From: Armatimonadota bacterium | Lineage (GTDB): Bacteria > Armatimonadota > SYMT01 | Assembly: GCA_046292385.1 (NCBI GenBank) | Contig: JBKBRF010000016.1 | Span: 1 to 64,000, forward strand | Length of the DNA: 64,000 nt | Reading direction: 5' to 3' | Shown here: piece by piece, positions 49,175 to 58,052 of the stretch | Numbering within the stretch: the stretch's first letter is position 1 | How the letters are laid out: the number at the start of each line of letters is the position of its first letter | Notes under the pieces: model-generated | What the model was told of the DNA's origin: nothing | Database searches by the model: none | The model's input: the letters and a program-made list of their open reading frames with translations, nothing else | Made by a program: the position numbers and the translations under genes

Positions 49175-49453
49175 AGAAATATCGTATCTACAACTCGGCC
49201 CAACGTAAAGGAGCGTCCACGATTCTACTTCGCGGCGGCCCGATCGCACCGAGAGCGAACGACGGAGCGCCAGACGCGACACTTCTGGTGCTTGGCGAAA
49301 AACACGCCGGTAGCCGATGTATCAAAGTGGCGCTGGCGGTGTTTAGCTGAGCGGCTGCCGGGCAACCTATCAGGTTGGACCTGTCTCACAGTGGCCATTC
49401 ACTCTCTTCGCCCGCCCCCAAGCCGCGTCACCGGTGCGGCTGAAAGGTCCCGC

Positions 49454-52012
49454 ATGTCACCCGAGAAGCGTTTCTCTCCTGGCCGCGCGCTGCTGCTCGC
49501 GTCGGCAGGTATTGGCGCGGCATGTGCCGCCTGTGCTCTCGCGGCGCTGCCCGCAGCGTCTCCTGCGTCTGCGGAACCTGACTCGCGCGCGGTGAGCGGC
49601 GCCCTCGCTTCGCTGCCGCTCACCTTCGAGCCGAACGTCGGCCAGGCGGACGCCGGCGTACGCTTCGTCTCCTACGGCGCCGGCTCCACGCTGCACCTGA
49701 AGCCGTCCGAGGCGGTGCTGGCACTCGCGAACGACGTAGCGGCGGCGCGGGAGCTGGCGGAGGCGGAGCAGCCGTCGGTGGTCCGGATGCAGCTCGTGGG
49801 GGGGAACCCGTCCGCCGCCGGCGCACCCGAGGGAGAGCGACAGGGCGAGACGCACTACCTGACCGGCCGCAGCCGGGAGAGCTGGCGGAGTCACGTGCCG
49901 GGCTACGGGAAGGTGCGCTTCTCCTCCGTCTACCCCGGGGTCGACCTGCTCTATTACGGCAAGCAGAGCCAGCTGGAGTACGACTTCGTGGTGCAGCCCG
50001 GCGCGTCGCCGGACCGGATCCAGCTCGCTTTCGCTGACGGTCACGGGGGCCCGCTCTCGCTGAAGCTGGAAGCGGGCGGAGGGCTCCGGCTCGACACCCC
50101 GGCCGGCCCGGTGCGCCACTCCGCGCCGGTGGTCTACCAGGAGGCGCGCGGCCGGCGCGTGCCGGTAGAGAGCCGCTACACGCTGCTCGCCGCCAACCGG
50201 ATCGGGTTCGAGATCGGCGGGTACGACCGCTCCCGCCCGCTGGTGATCGATCCGGCGGTAAACTACTTCTCCGACCCGGGCGCCATGTGCAGCGACGTGG
50301 CGCTCGACCCGGACGGCGGCATCTACATCAACGGCTCCGCCTACAAGCTGGTGGAAGGCGAGCCGGGGAACGGCCTCTACGCCCTCGACAGCTTCGTGCG
50401 GAAGTACAGCGCGGACGGCACTCGCGTGCTCTTCACCGCCAACCTCGGCGGCACGGGCACCGACTACGCGGCCGGCGTGGCGGTCGATACGGAAAAGAAC
50501 ATCTACGTGACCGGAATGACCGACTCGTTCGACTTCCCGGTGGTGAACGCGTTCCAGCCCGAGTTGGTGATGGACGAGTGGGCGTTCTACGCCTTCGACA
50601 CGTTCGTGACCAAGATCAGCCGGGACGGGTCGGACATTCTCTACTCCACCTACCTCGGCGGCTCCGACTCCGAGAACCTGTTGGTCGAGGGCGGCATCGC
50701 GGTCGACGCGTCCGGCAGCGCGTACGTCACCGGCGCCACCGCCTCGCACGACTTCCCGACCCTCAACCCGATCCAGGGTCCCACCCCCGGTCTGGAGGAG
50801 GCGGACGGCTATCTCACCGATGCGTTCGTGGCGAAGCTGAGCCCGCAGGGGAACGCACTGGTCTACTCCACGTACCTCGGCGGCACCGATATCGACGGCG
50901 CCAACGCGATTGAGCTCGGCGCGGACGGCAGCGCCTACGTGGCGGGCTTCACCGCCTCGATGGACTTCCCGGTCGTCAGCGCGGCGCAGGTCGAGCGCGG
51001 CGATGGGGGCTGGGCGGCAGATGCTTTCGTCACCCGGGTAGCGCCGGACGGCGCCTCGCTGCTTTACTCCACGCTGCTGGGCGGCGACGAGTTCGAGGAG
51101 GCGTGGGATCTGGCGGTTGCCGAGAACGGCGAGTTGTTCGTGGCGGGCCAGACTACCTCGCTCGACTTCCCGACCGTCAACCCGATCCAGCCGGAGCTGG
51201 ACGGCGGCGTGCAGCCCAGCTTCGGTGAAGGCGACGCCTTCGTCACGAAAGTCAGTGAGGACGGCGCCTCGTTCCTCTACTCCACCTATCTCGGCGGCTC
51301 GGAGGTCGACGTGGCGCTCGGGATCGACGTCGATCCGCAGGGTCACGCGGTGGTGGTCGGCGTCACCGGCTCCTGGGACTTCCCGGTGCTCGACTCGCCG
51401 CAGCGCAGCGACAAACGACTCGACTTCGACGGCTTCTTCGCCAAGCTCTCACCGGACGGCACCGCCTTGCGCAACTCCTCCTACCTGGGAGACGAGGAGC
51501 ACGACGACATCGCCCTCGCCATCGTGGTGAACGACGCGGACCAGCAGTTCGTCGCCGGTTTTGGCGACCCGCTGCCGTTCGCCGGCGGACCGGACGGCTT
51601 CTCCGCGCAGGGAGAGATCTCCACCCGCGCATTCGAGCGGCCGGAAGCGAGCCGGAAGGGCCGGGCCTTCGTGGCTCGCCTGAAGGACAAGAAGCACAAG
51701 GGCAGGGGCCGGCTGCGCCTCTCCGCGAAGAAGATGAAGATCCGCACGGCGGCCAACTTCCCTCGTCGTGAAGTGCTGCGACTGGTCAACGTCGGCGGCG
51801 GCGCGGTCCAGGGCACCGTGGGAGAGGTGCCGGCACCCTTCCGGCTGGTGAGCGGCGGCGGGAGCTTTTCCCTGGGAAAGGGACAGATCCGGCACCTGGT
51901 GGTGGAATACGCCCCGGAAGCGTCCGGCAGCTACAGGGGGACGCTGACGATCCAGACCCAGAGGCCGCGCAAGTCCCGCATCCGCGTGCCGCTGGAGGGG
52001 CTCACGCGGTAG
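49454..52012 (+). CDS. Secreted SBBP (beta-propeller) repeat protein with C-terminal Ig-like domain
   Basis: FEPNVGQ, VYPGVDL..LEYDFVV, repeated YSTYLGG / VTG.T.S.DFP units. Confidence 0.88.
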   Translation: MSPEKRFSPGRALLLASAGIGAACAACALAALPAASPASAEPDSRAVSGALASLPLTFEPNVGQADAGVRFVSYGAGSTLHLKPSEAVLALANDVAAARELAEAEQPSVVRMQLVGGNPSAAGAPEGERQGETHYLTGRSRESWRSHVPGYGKVRFSSVYPGVDLLYYGKQSQLEYDFVVQPGASPDRIQLAFADGHGGPLSLKLEAGGGLRLDTPAGPVRHSAPVVYQEARGRRVPVESRYTLLAANRIGFEIGGYDRSRPLVIDPAVNYFSDPGAMCSDVALDPDGGIYINGSAYKLVEGEPGNGLYALDSFVRKYSADGTRVLFTANLGGTGTDYAAGVAVDTEKNIYVTGMTDSFDFPVVNAFQPELVMDEWAFYAFDTFVTKISRDGSDILYSTYLGGSDSENLLVEGGIAVDASGSAYVTGATASHDFPTLNPIQGPTPGLEEADGYLTDAFVAKLSPQGNALVYSTYLGGTDIDGANAIELGADGSAYVAGFTASMDFPVVSAAQVERGDGGWAADAFVTRVAPDGASLLYSTLLGGDEFEEAWDLAVAENGELFVAGQTTSLDFPTVNPIQPELDGGVQPSFGEGDAFVTKVSEDGASFLYSTYLGGSEVDVALGIDVDPQGHAVVVGVTGSWDFPVLDSPQRSDKRLDFDGFFAKLSPDGTALRNSSYLGDEEHDDIALAIVVNDADQQFVAGFGDPLPFAGGPDGFSAQGEISTRAFERPEASRKGRAFVARLKDKKHKGRGRLRLSAKKMKIRTAANFPRREVLRLVNVGGGAVQGTVGEVPAPFRLVSGGGSFSLGKGQIRHLVVEYAPEASGSYRGTLTIQTQRPRKSRIRVPLEGLTR

Positions 52013-52039
52013 CTCTCACCGGCAAACGGAAGCAAACGC

Positions 52040-52074
52040 GGGGCAGCCTCATCCGGGGCTGCCCCTTCGTTCTT
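52040..52074 (+). terminator. Intrinsic terminator-like hairpin
   Basis: GGGGCAGCC..GGCTGCCCC followed by TTCGTTCTT. Confidence 0.6.
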
Positions 52075-52082
52075 GCCGGGCC

Positions 52083-52313
52083 TCACCAGCGCCGCGCCGG
52101 GCGCCCCACGGCGAGATAGACGATCGCCCCGACACATCCGCCGAGCAGGATCACCAGCACCCAGATCAGCTTGTTGCCCGCGCGGTAGTCGCTATCACTC
52201 GGCACCCGGATCGCGTCGACCAACGCAAAGAGCACCAGCCCCAGGTTAAGCAATCCCAGGACGGCCGGGATGAGCATGATCAAGAGCTCGGTGAGCTCCA
52301 GGTTGAACGGCAT
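52083..52313 (-). CDS. PLDc N-terminal-like small membrane protein, copy 1
   Basis: ALVDAIR..NKLIWVLVILL..GAIVYLAVGR. Confidence 0.8.
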   Translation of the reverse strand: MPFNLELTELLIMLIPAVLGLLNLGLVLFALVDAIRVPSDSDYRAGNKLIWVLVILLGGCVGAIVYLAVGRPARRW

Positions 52314-52541
52314 CTCTTCGCTCCCGATCCCGAAAACAGCGCGCTGCTCTCACCAACGGCCGAGCAGACGTTGGGTTACGCCTCATCGCTACCAGGCGCA
52401 GCGTGCGCAGCTTCCCGCGGCGAAAGTTGAACACGCGGGGTCGCCCCTGCAACTCCGGCGGCGGCTAGCGCATCAGCCGCACAGACCCCGTCGCCCCAGA
52501 GTACCTGGCGAAACCACCCCCGGCTATCACCTCACACCCGG

Positions 52542-52775
52542 TCAGCCGCGTGCCGGACTCGGACGTCCTACCGCGAGATAGATCAGGGCTCCGAGACACC
52601 CAAGGAAGAGGATGACGAGCACCCAGGTAACCTTGGTGCCGGCGCGGTAGTCGCTATCGCTCGGCACCCGGATCGCGTCGATCAGGGCGAAGAGGTAGAG
52701 GCCCACGCTGACGACCATCACCAGACCGTAAACCAGCAGCACCACGAAGTCGAGATCGAACACCCGTCTCTCCAT
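52542..52775 (-). CDS. PLDc N-terminal-like small membrane protein, copy 2
   Basis: DAIRVPSDSDYRAG identical to copy 1. Confidence 0.8.
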   Translation of the reverse strand: MERRVFDLDFVVLLVYGLVMVVSVGLYLFALIDAIRVPSDSDYRAGTKVTWVLVILFLGCLGALIYLAVGRPSPARG

Positions 52776-53036
52776 CTCGCGGGAACGTAAGAGCAACCTG
52801 CCGCGTCACCAGTTGAGAGCGATCCAGCGGACGCTTGGTTGCATCATCCTCGTCAAGGCTGAGGGTGGTCTCCTGCGGAGTCCACCTTTCTGCTCCAAAC
52901 TTGAACACGAGTGGCTGCCCGCGCATTTGAGACGTCGCGGAGCCATCCGGCGGGCAGGAACGCGCCCGGTGAACGACTGAACTTCTCCCGCGGTCGTCCG
53001 CTGTCGTGACGTGCCGGATGCAGGGAGATCGACGGA

Positions 53037-55061
53037 GTGAACAGGCAAGGGGTACTCTTTAGCGGAGCCGTGCTGGCTCTCGGCGCGGTCGCCGCGGCGG
53101 TGGCGGACGGTCCCGCGGACAACATCCCGGAGAAGGTGCGGCCGGTGCCGCCCCCCGGGATTTCCGTTCCGGATGCCGACCGGACCGCCCTGACGGCGGG
53201 GCTCACGGCGCTGCAGTCGGAGATTGACGCGCTGCGCGGCAACGCCCGCGCGGCGGCCTGGCTCCCGGACGTCCAGATCTACACCAACGCCGTCCGGTAT
53301 GCCCTGGAGAACGGGGAGTTCTTCGCGCCGGCGGACCTGGCACGGGCAAAGGCGCTGCTGGCGATCGGCACGCAGCGGGCGCAGGCACTTCGCGAAGGAC
53401 GCACGCCGTGGCTGGAGCAGCCGGGCCCCACCGCCCTCGGGTACGTGTCGGAGATCGACGGCTCGGTGCAGCCGTACGGGCTCTACATCCCGGCCTCGTA
53501 TCAGAAGGACGGGCGGAAACACCGGCTCGATACCTGGTTCCACGGCCGCGGCGAGACGCTGAGCGAGGTCAACTTCCTCGACGGCGTCCACAAGAACGGC
53601 GGCCCGTTCGTCCGGCCGGACACCTTCACGCTCCAGCCGTACGGCCGCTACTGCAACGCGAACAAGCTCGCCGGGGAAGTCGATCTCTTCGAAGCGCTCG
53701 CCGACGCGCAGCGCCGCTTCCGGATCGATGAGGAGCGGATCGTGGTCCGCGGCTTTTCCATGGGCGGCGCCGCCTGCTGGCAGTTCGCGGCGCACTTCCC
53801 GTCCGAGTGGGCCGCCGCGGCGCCCGGCGCCGGCTTCTCCGAGACGCCGGACTTCCTCAAGGTGTTCCAGAAGGAGACGCTGCAGCCGACCTGGTGGGAG
53901 AAGAAGCTATGGCAGATGTACGACTGCCCCGAGTACGCGGCGAACTTCGGCAACCTGCCGGTGGTCGCCTACAGCGGCGAAAAGGACTCGCAGAAGCAGG
54001 CCGCCGACATCATGGCCGCGGCGCTGAAGAAGGAAGGGATCGAGCTGGTCCACGTGATCGGACCGGACACCGGGCACAGCTACCATCCGGCCTCCTCGGT
54101 GGAGATCAACCGGCGGATCGACGCCATCGCGGAGCGAGGCCGGGTGCGGGTGCCGCGGACCCTGAAGCTCCAGACCCCCACCCTGAAGTACCACCGCCAG
54201 GCCTGGGTGACGGTCGACGGCCTGAAGGAGCACTGGGAGCCGGCGCGCGTCGAGGCGGAGATCGTCGACGACCGGAACGTCCGCCTCACCACCCGGAACC
54301 TCACCGGCGTGACCCTTTCCATGGGGCCGGGCGACTGCCCGCTCGATCCCACGCGCGCGCCGGTGGTGACGCTCGACGGCCAGAAGCTCAAGGCGGCGCC
54401 GGTGCTCTCGGACCGCTCCTGGACCGCCAGTTTCCGCCGCGACGGCAGCCGCTGGGTCGCCGGCGCTCTCGCGGAGCAGCCGGGGCTGCGTAAGCGGCAC
54501 GACCTGCAGGGCCCGATCGACGACGCCTTCATGCAGAGCTTCATGATGGTCCGCCCCACCGGCACCCCGGCCGCGCCGGGCGTGGCGAAGTGGGTGGAGA
54601 GCGAGATGGCGCACGCGGAGAAGGAGTGGCGGCGGCAGTTCCGCGGCGAGGCGCGCGTGAAGAACGACTCCGAGATCACCGACGCCGATATCGCCGCGCA
54701 CAACCTGGTGCTCTGGGGCGACCCGGGCAGCAACCGGATCCTAGCGCGCATCGCGGACCGCCTCCCGATCCGCTGGGGCCGCAGCGAGATCGAGGTCGGC
54801 AGTCAGCGCTTCCCCACCTCCACCCACGCGCCGGTGCTGATCTACCCGAACCCGCTCAACCCGAAGAAGTACGTGGTGCTGAACAGCGGCTTCACCTTCC
54901 GCGAGTACGACTACCTGAACAACGCGCGGCAGGTGCCGAAGCTGCCGGACTGGGCGATCGTCGATACCACCACGCCGCCGAACAGCCGCTACCCGGGCCG
55001 CATCGTCACCGCGGACTTCTTCGGCGAGCAGTGGGAGTTGCGCCCGCCGCGGAAGTCGTAA
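53037..55061 (+). CDS. Secreted alpha/beta-hydrolase (S9 peptidase/esterase-like)
   Basis: Signal peptide, DGSVQPY, FHGRG, GFSMGG nucleophile motif, GHSY. Confidence 0.85.
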   Translation: MNRQGVLFSGAVLALGAVAAAVADGPADNIPEKVRPVPPPGISVPDADRTALTAGLTALQSEIDALRGNARAAAWLPDVQIYTNAVRYALENGEFFAPADLARAKALLAIGTQRAQALREGRTPWLEQPGPTALGYVSEIDGSVQPYGLYIPASYQKDGRKHRLDTWFHGRGETLSEVNFLDGVHKNGGPFVRPDTFTLQPYGRYCNANKLAGEVDLFEALADAQRRFRIDEERIVVRGFSMGGAACWQFAAHFPSEWAAAAPGAGFSETPDFLKVFQKETLQPTWWEKKLWQMYDCPEYAANFGNLPVVAYSGEKDSQKQAADIMAAALKKEGIELVHVIGPDTGHSYHPASSVEINRRIDAIAERGRVRVPRTLKLQTPTLKYHRQAWVTVDGLKEHWEPARVEAEIVDDRNVRLTTRNLTGVTLSMGPGDCPLDPTRAPVVTLDGQKLKAAPVLSDRSWTASFRRDGSRWVAGALAEQPGLRKRHDLQGPIDDAFMQSFMMVRPTGTPAAPGVAKWVESEMAHAEKEWRRQFRGEARVKNDSEITDADIAAHNLVLWGDPGSNRILARIADRLPIRWGRSEIEVGSQRFPTSTHAPVLIYPNPLNPKKYVVLNSGFTFREYDYLNNARQVPKLPDWAIVDTTTPPNSRYPGRIVTADFFGEQWELRPPRKS

Positions 55062-55334
55062 CCGGCTCTGATCGGCTACTCTCGGAGTCGGGCTAGAGAG
55101 GAAGTGCTGCCGGAGTCGCGTCCCGGATCGCCTCGGACTGAAGTCGAGGCTACAGAGAGCAAAGCCCCGAAAGCTTTCGGGGCTCAGACCTGCCGGTCCG
55201 AGAGGCTGGCGATACTCACTTCCTGCGCTTAGCGGGGACGATCTCACGGCGAACCGCCGGAGGCGTCCCCGTTTTGCTTTTACGCGCGCGAGTAGCTGCC
55301 GACAACACCCACAGGCAAACTCCCCCTGCGCAAG

Positions 55335-55379
55335 TTGACGCCGCAGAGCACCTGTTCTATAATTATAGAAATTAAGTTC
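55335..55379 (+). promoter_or_regulatory. Sigma70 promoter overlapped by two LexA(SOS)-like boxes
   Basis: TTGACG-17 nt-TATAAT (55335-55363); GAGC-N4-GTTC (55346-55357) and GAAA-N4-GTTC (55368-55379). Confidence 0.7.
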
Positions 55380-55408
55380 GCATCCCTCTGGCAGAGGCCC
55401 CCGACACA

Positions 55409-55741
55409 TTGGAGATGGAGACGATGGAAGCTGGAATGGTGATCCGGGTGGAGAGTGACACGATGCCCGCGCTGGAGCAGAGCGCGCAGCGGCAAGACGC
55501 GCACGCGCGGTACGAGCGGCTGGTGGCGCTGGCGCTGCGGATGGGAAGCTGGCTGAACGGCCCGCACGGCCGCGCGCTGCCGGAAGAGGAGTGGGAGCGG
55601 CAGTTCCTGCGGTACCAGGAGCACCTGGAGCAGGTGCGCCGCCTGGGCGACGAGCTGCGCCCGGTCACCCTGCGAGACCGGCGGGAGATGCTGGCGGGCG
55701 ACGCGCTGGTGGACGAGGTGCTGGAGTTGTTCGCGGCGTAA
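55409..55741 (+). CDS. Small helical hypothetical protein (start may be 55415 or 55424)
   Basis: GC3-rich ORF directly behind a consensus promoter. Confidence 0.7.
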   Translation: MEMETMEAGMVIRVESDTMPALEQSAQRQDAHARYERLVALALRMGSWLNGPHGRALPEEEWERQFLRYQEHLEQVRRLGDELRPVTLRDRREMLAGDALVDEVLELFAA

Positions 55742-55775
55742 GCGGGCGGATGGCGATAGGCTGGCACTCCGGCGC

Positions 55776-55871
55776 GGCCTAACCCCCCGGCCCCCTTCCC
55801 TGAAGTGGAAGGGGGAGCAGGCCAACTCCGCACCCATAGCTCCTCTCAGGAGAGGGGAGCTATGGGTGCGG
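55776..55871. repeat. REP-like element, inverted copy of the 3093-3195 family
   Basis: GGCCTAACCCCCC.GCCCCCTTCCCTGAAGTGGAAGGGGG. Confidence 0.82.
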
Positions 55872-56053
55872 CCGCGTGAGAAGCAGCTGTAGCCACATTC
55901 TTATCCATGCCGGATGCCTGGAGCGGCATCGGCAACTCTGTGTGGGCCACGCCGCTACGACCGGCACCCACCCCAAAAGAGGGATTAGCCTTCCCTCCCC
56001 CGCAAGCTATCCCGGAAGTGGGCTCAACCGCGCTGCGAGCCCCGGGGATCTGC

Positions 56054-57319
56054 ATGCGTCTCATCTTTCTCGGTGCGGGCGGCTCGATGGCCACGCCCTT
56101 CCGTCACACCACCGGTCTTTATCTGCCGGATCACGGCATCCTGCTCGACGCGGGCACCAACGTCTACCCGCTGCGGGAGCTGCACGGCGACGGCCCACTC
56201 CGCGTGCTGATGTCGCACTTCCACGCGGACCACAGCATCGGCCTGTTCTTCCTCTCCGCGGGCCTCTTCGCGGGCCGCAGCCAGCCGGAGATCGAGGTGT
56301 TCGGGCCGGAGCGGTGGGACCGTTTCCGCGACCTCGGCGGCGACGAGAGCGCGCTCTGGCCGATCCCACTGCCTTTCCCCGTCCGCCCCGCGGAAGAGGA
56401 CTTCACCCTCGGCGGGGTGCGCGTCCGCACGCATCCGGTGAAGCACAGCGCGCCGGTGCTCGCCTACCGCCTCGACTTCCCCTCCGGCGAGTCGCTCGGC
56501 TACGTGACCGACACCACCGCTCCGGGAGACTACGTGGAGCTGATCCGCGGGGTCGACGTGCTGGTCCACGAGTGCACCTTCGCGCAGCAGCACGCGGAGT
56601 GGGCGGTGCCGACCGGCCATTCCGAGAGCGCCACGGTTGGGCGGGTGGCGCGCGAGGCGGGGGTCGGCACCCTGTATCTCACGCACATCGGACCGCTCTC
56701 GGACGGGCAGCAGATCCTCGCCGAGGTGCAGCAGGAGTTCCCCAACACGGTGCTGCCGGTCGACTGTCTGGAGTATCCTCGAGCCGTCTCCGTCGATCCG
56801 AAGCGGGCGCTCTTCGCCGGCAGCTTCGACCCGATCACGATGAGCCATCTCGACATCGTCGACGCGTGCACGCGGATGCTCCGCGAGGTGCACGTCGTGG
56901 TGGCGCGCAATCCGGTCAAGGACGGCCGCGCCCTCTTCACCCCGGAGGAGCGGGCGGAGCTGATCCGGCGCTGCGTGCCGAGGGGGGTGCAGGTCGGCAT
57001 CTCCAGCGGCCTCACGGTGGAGTATGCGCGCAGCGTTCAGGCCGGCACGATCGTCCGCGGTCTCGGCCGGGCGGAAGACTACTTCGGCGAGGTGCGGCTC
57101 TTCAAGACGAACGCGCTGCTCGAGTCGGAGATCCAGACGCTCTGGGTGCCGCCGCGCGCGGAGCACCTCGATATCTCCTCCTCGATGATCAAAGAAGCGG
57201 GCATCTTCGGCGGCTGGGAGAGCGTTGCCCACCTGGTCCCGGAGCCGATCCGCGAAGACGTCGGCCGCCGCCTGCAAGAGCGCCGCGCCACCCTCTCCAT
57301 CCCCGCCGACGGAGACTGA
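56054..57319 (+). CDS. Fusion: RNase Z-like MBL hydrolase + phosphopantetheine adenylyltransferase-like domain
   Basis: FLGAGGS, LLDAG, SHFHADH, YVTDT, HECT, THI; then AGSFDPITMSHLDI, IVRGL, ISSSMIKE. Confidence 0.85.
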   Translation: MRLIFLGAGGSMATPFRHTTGLYLPDHGILLDAGTNVYPLRELHGDGPLRVLMSHFHADHSIGLFFLSAGLFAGRSQPEIEVFGPERWDRFRDLGGDESALWPIPLPFPVRPAEEDFTLGGVRVRTHPVKHSAPVLAYRLDFPSGESLGYVTDTTAPGDYVELIRGVDVLVHECTFAQQHAEWAVPTGHSESATVGRVAREAGVGTLYLTHIGPLSDGQQILAEVQQEFPNTVLPVDCLEYPRAVSVDPKRALFAGSFDPITMSHLDIVDACTRMLREVHVVVARNPVKDGRALFTPEERAELIRRCVPRGVQVGISSGLTVEYARSVQAGTIVRGLGRAEDYFGEVRLFKTNALLESEIQTLWVPPRAEHLDISSSMIKEAGIFGGWESVAHLVPEPIREDVGRRLQERRATLSIPADGD

Positions 57320-57321
57320 CG

Positions 57322-58050
57322 ATGCCGCACTCTGAGGGGCTGCGCTTCGAGGTCTCCGTCAACGGCGAGCGACGCTGCATCGCCGGCGTCCCGGCTTCCG
57401 GCGTGGTGACCGTCATTGTCCACTGCCCTCCCGATGATCCCTCCCACATCATCGTTGGCGGTCTGGCCGGTGAGGGACCGCACTGGGACTGGATCCCTCT
57501 CGAGGAGATCCCCGTCGGGACCGTAGCTCGAATTCGCGTGCTGCCTCCGGGAGAGTTCGACGATCCGGTTCGGATCAAAGATTACTCCGATCCGCAGCAG
57601 CCACCGCGACGCTCTGGCCGACTGCGGCCCCACGCTCGCTCGGATCCTGTTCCCCAAGACTTCAGAAAACAGAGCCTTCGCCTGGAGGTGAGTATCGACG
57701 GGCAGGAGCGCTGGCTGGCGGGGCACGATGGCCCCGGCAGCGTCTCAGCGCTCCTGGTCTGGACAGCGAACCGCCCACACGAGCTGCGGGAAAGGGGCTG
57801 GGAGACCACCGGAATGTTCCAGACTCCGCATCTCGTAGGAGACACCTTCTTGAACATCACTGGCACCGACTTCACTACCGAGGAGAGTCTCACCTGGGTG
57901 ATGGGTCGCCATGTGAACGCAGGATCGGAAGTACTGATTCGTGATCTCCCGCCCGGAGAACACGATCCCGCTGCCGAGCGACGTCCCAAATACGTGCGCC
58001 CCGTTACACGCAAATGGGGCCGGCTGCGACAGAAGCCGGTCTCTTCCTGA
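57322..58050 (+). CDS. Hypothetical protein made of two internal repeats
   Basis: LRFEVSVNGERR..IR.LPPGEFD versus LRLEVSIDGQER..IR.LPPGEHD. Confidence 0.7.
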   Translation: MPHSEGLRFEVSVNGERRCIAGVPASGVVTVIVHCPPDDPSHIIVGGLAGEGPHWDWIPLEEIPVGTVARIRVLPPGEFDDPVRIKDYSDPQQPPRRSGRLRPHARSDPVPQDFRKQSLRLEVSIDGQERWLAGHDGPGSVSALLVWTANRPHELRERGWETTGMFQTPHLVGDTFLNITGTDFTTEESLTWVMGRHVNAGSEVLIRDLPPGEHDPAAERRPKYVRPVTRKWGRLRQKPVSS

Positions 58051-58052
58051 AG

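Noticed and set aside
55300..55345. c-di-GMP-I-like GGCAAAC..GACGC motif
   Set aside because: The required stem and GNRA loop are missing; the region is better explained as a promoter.
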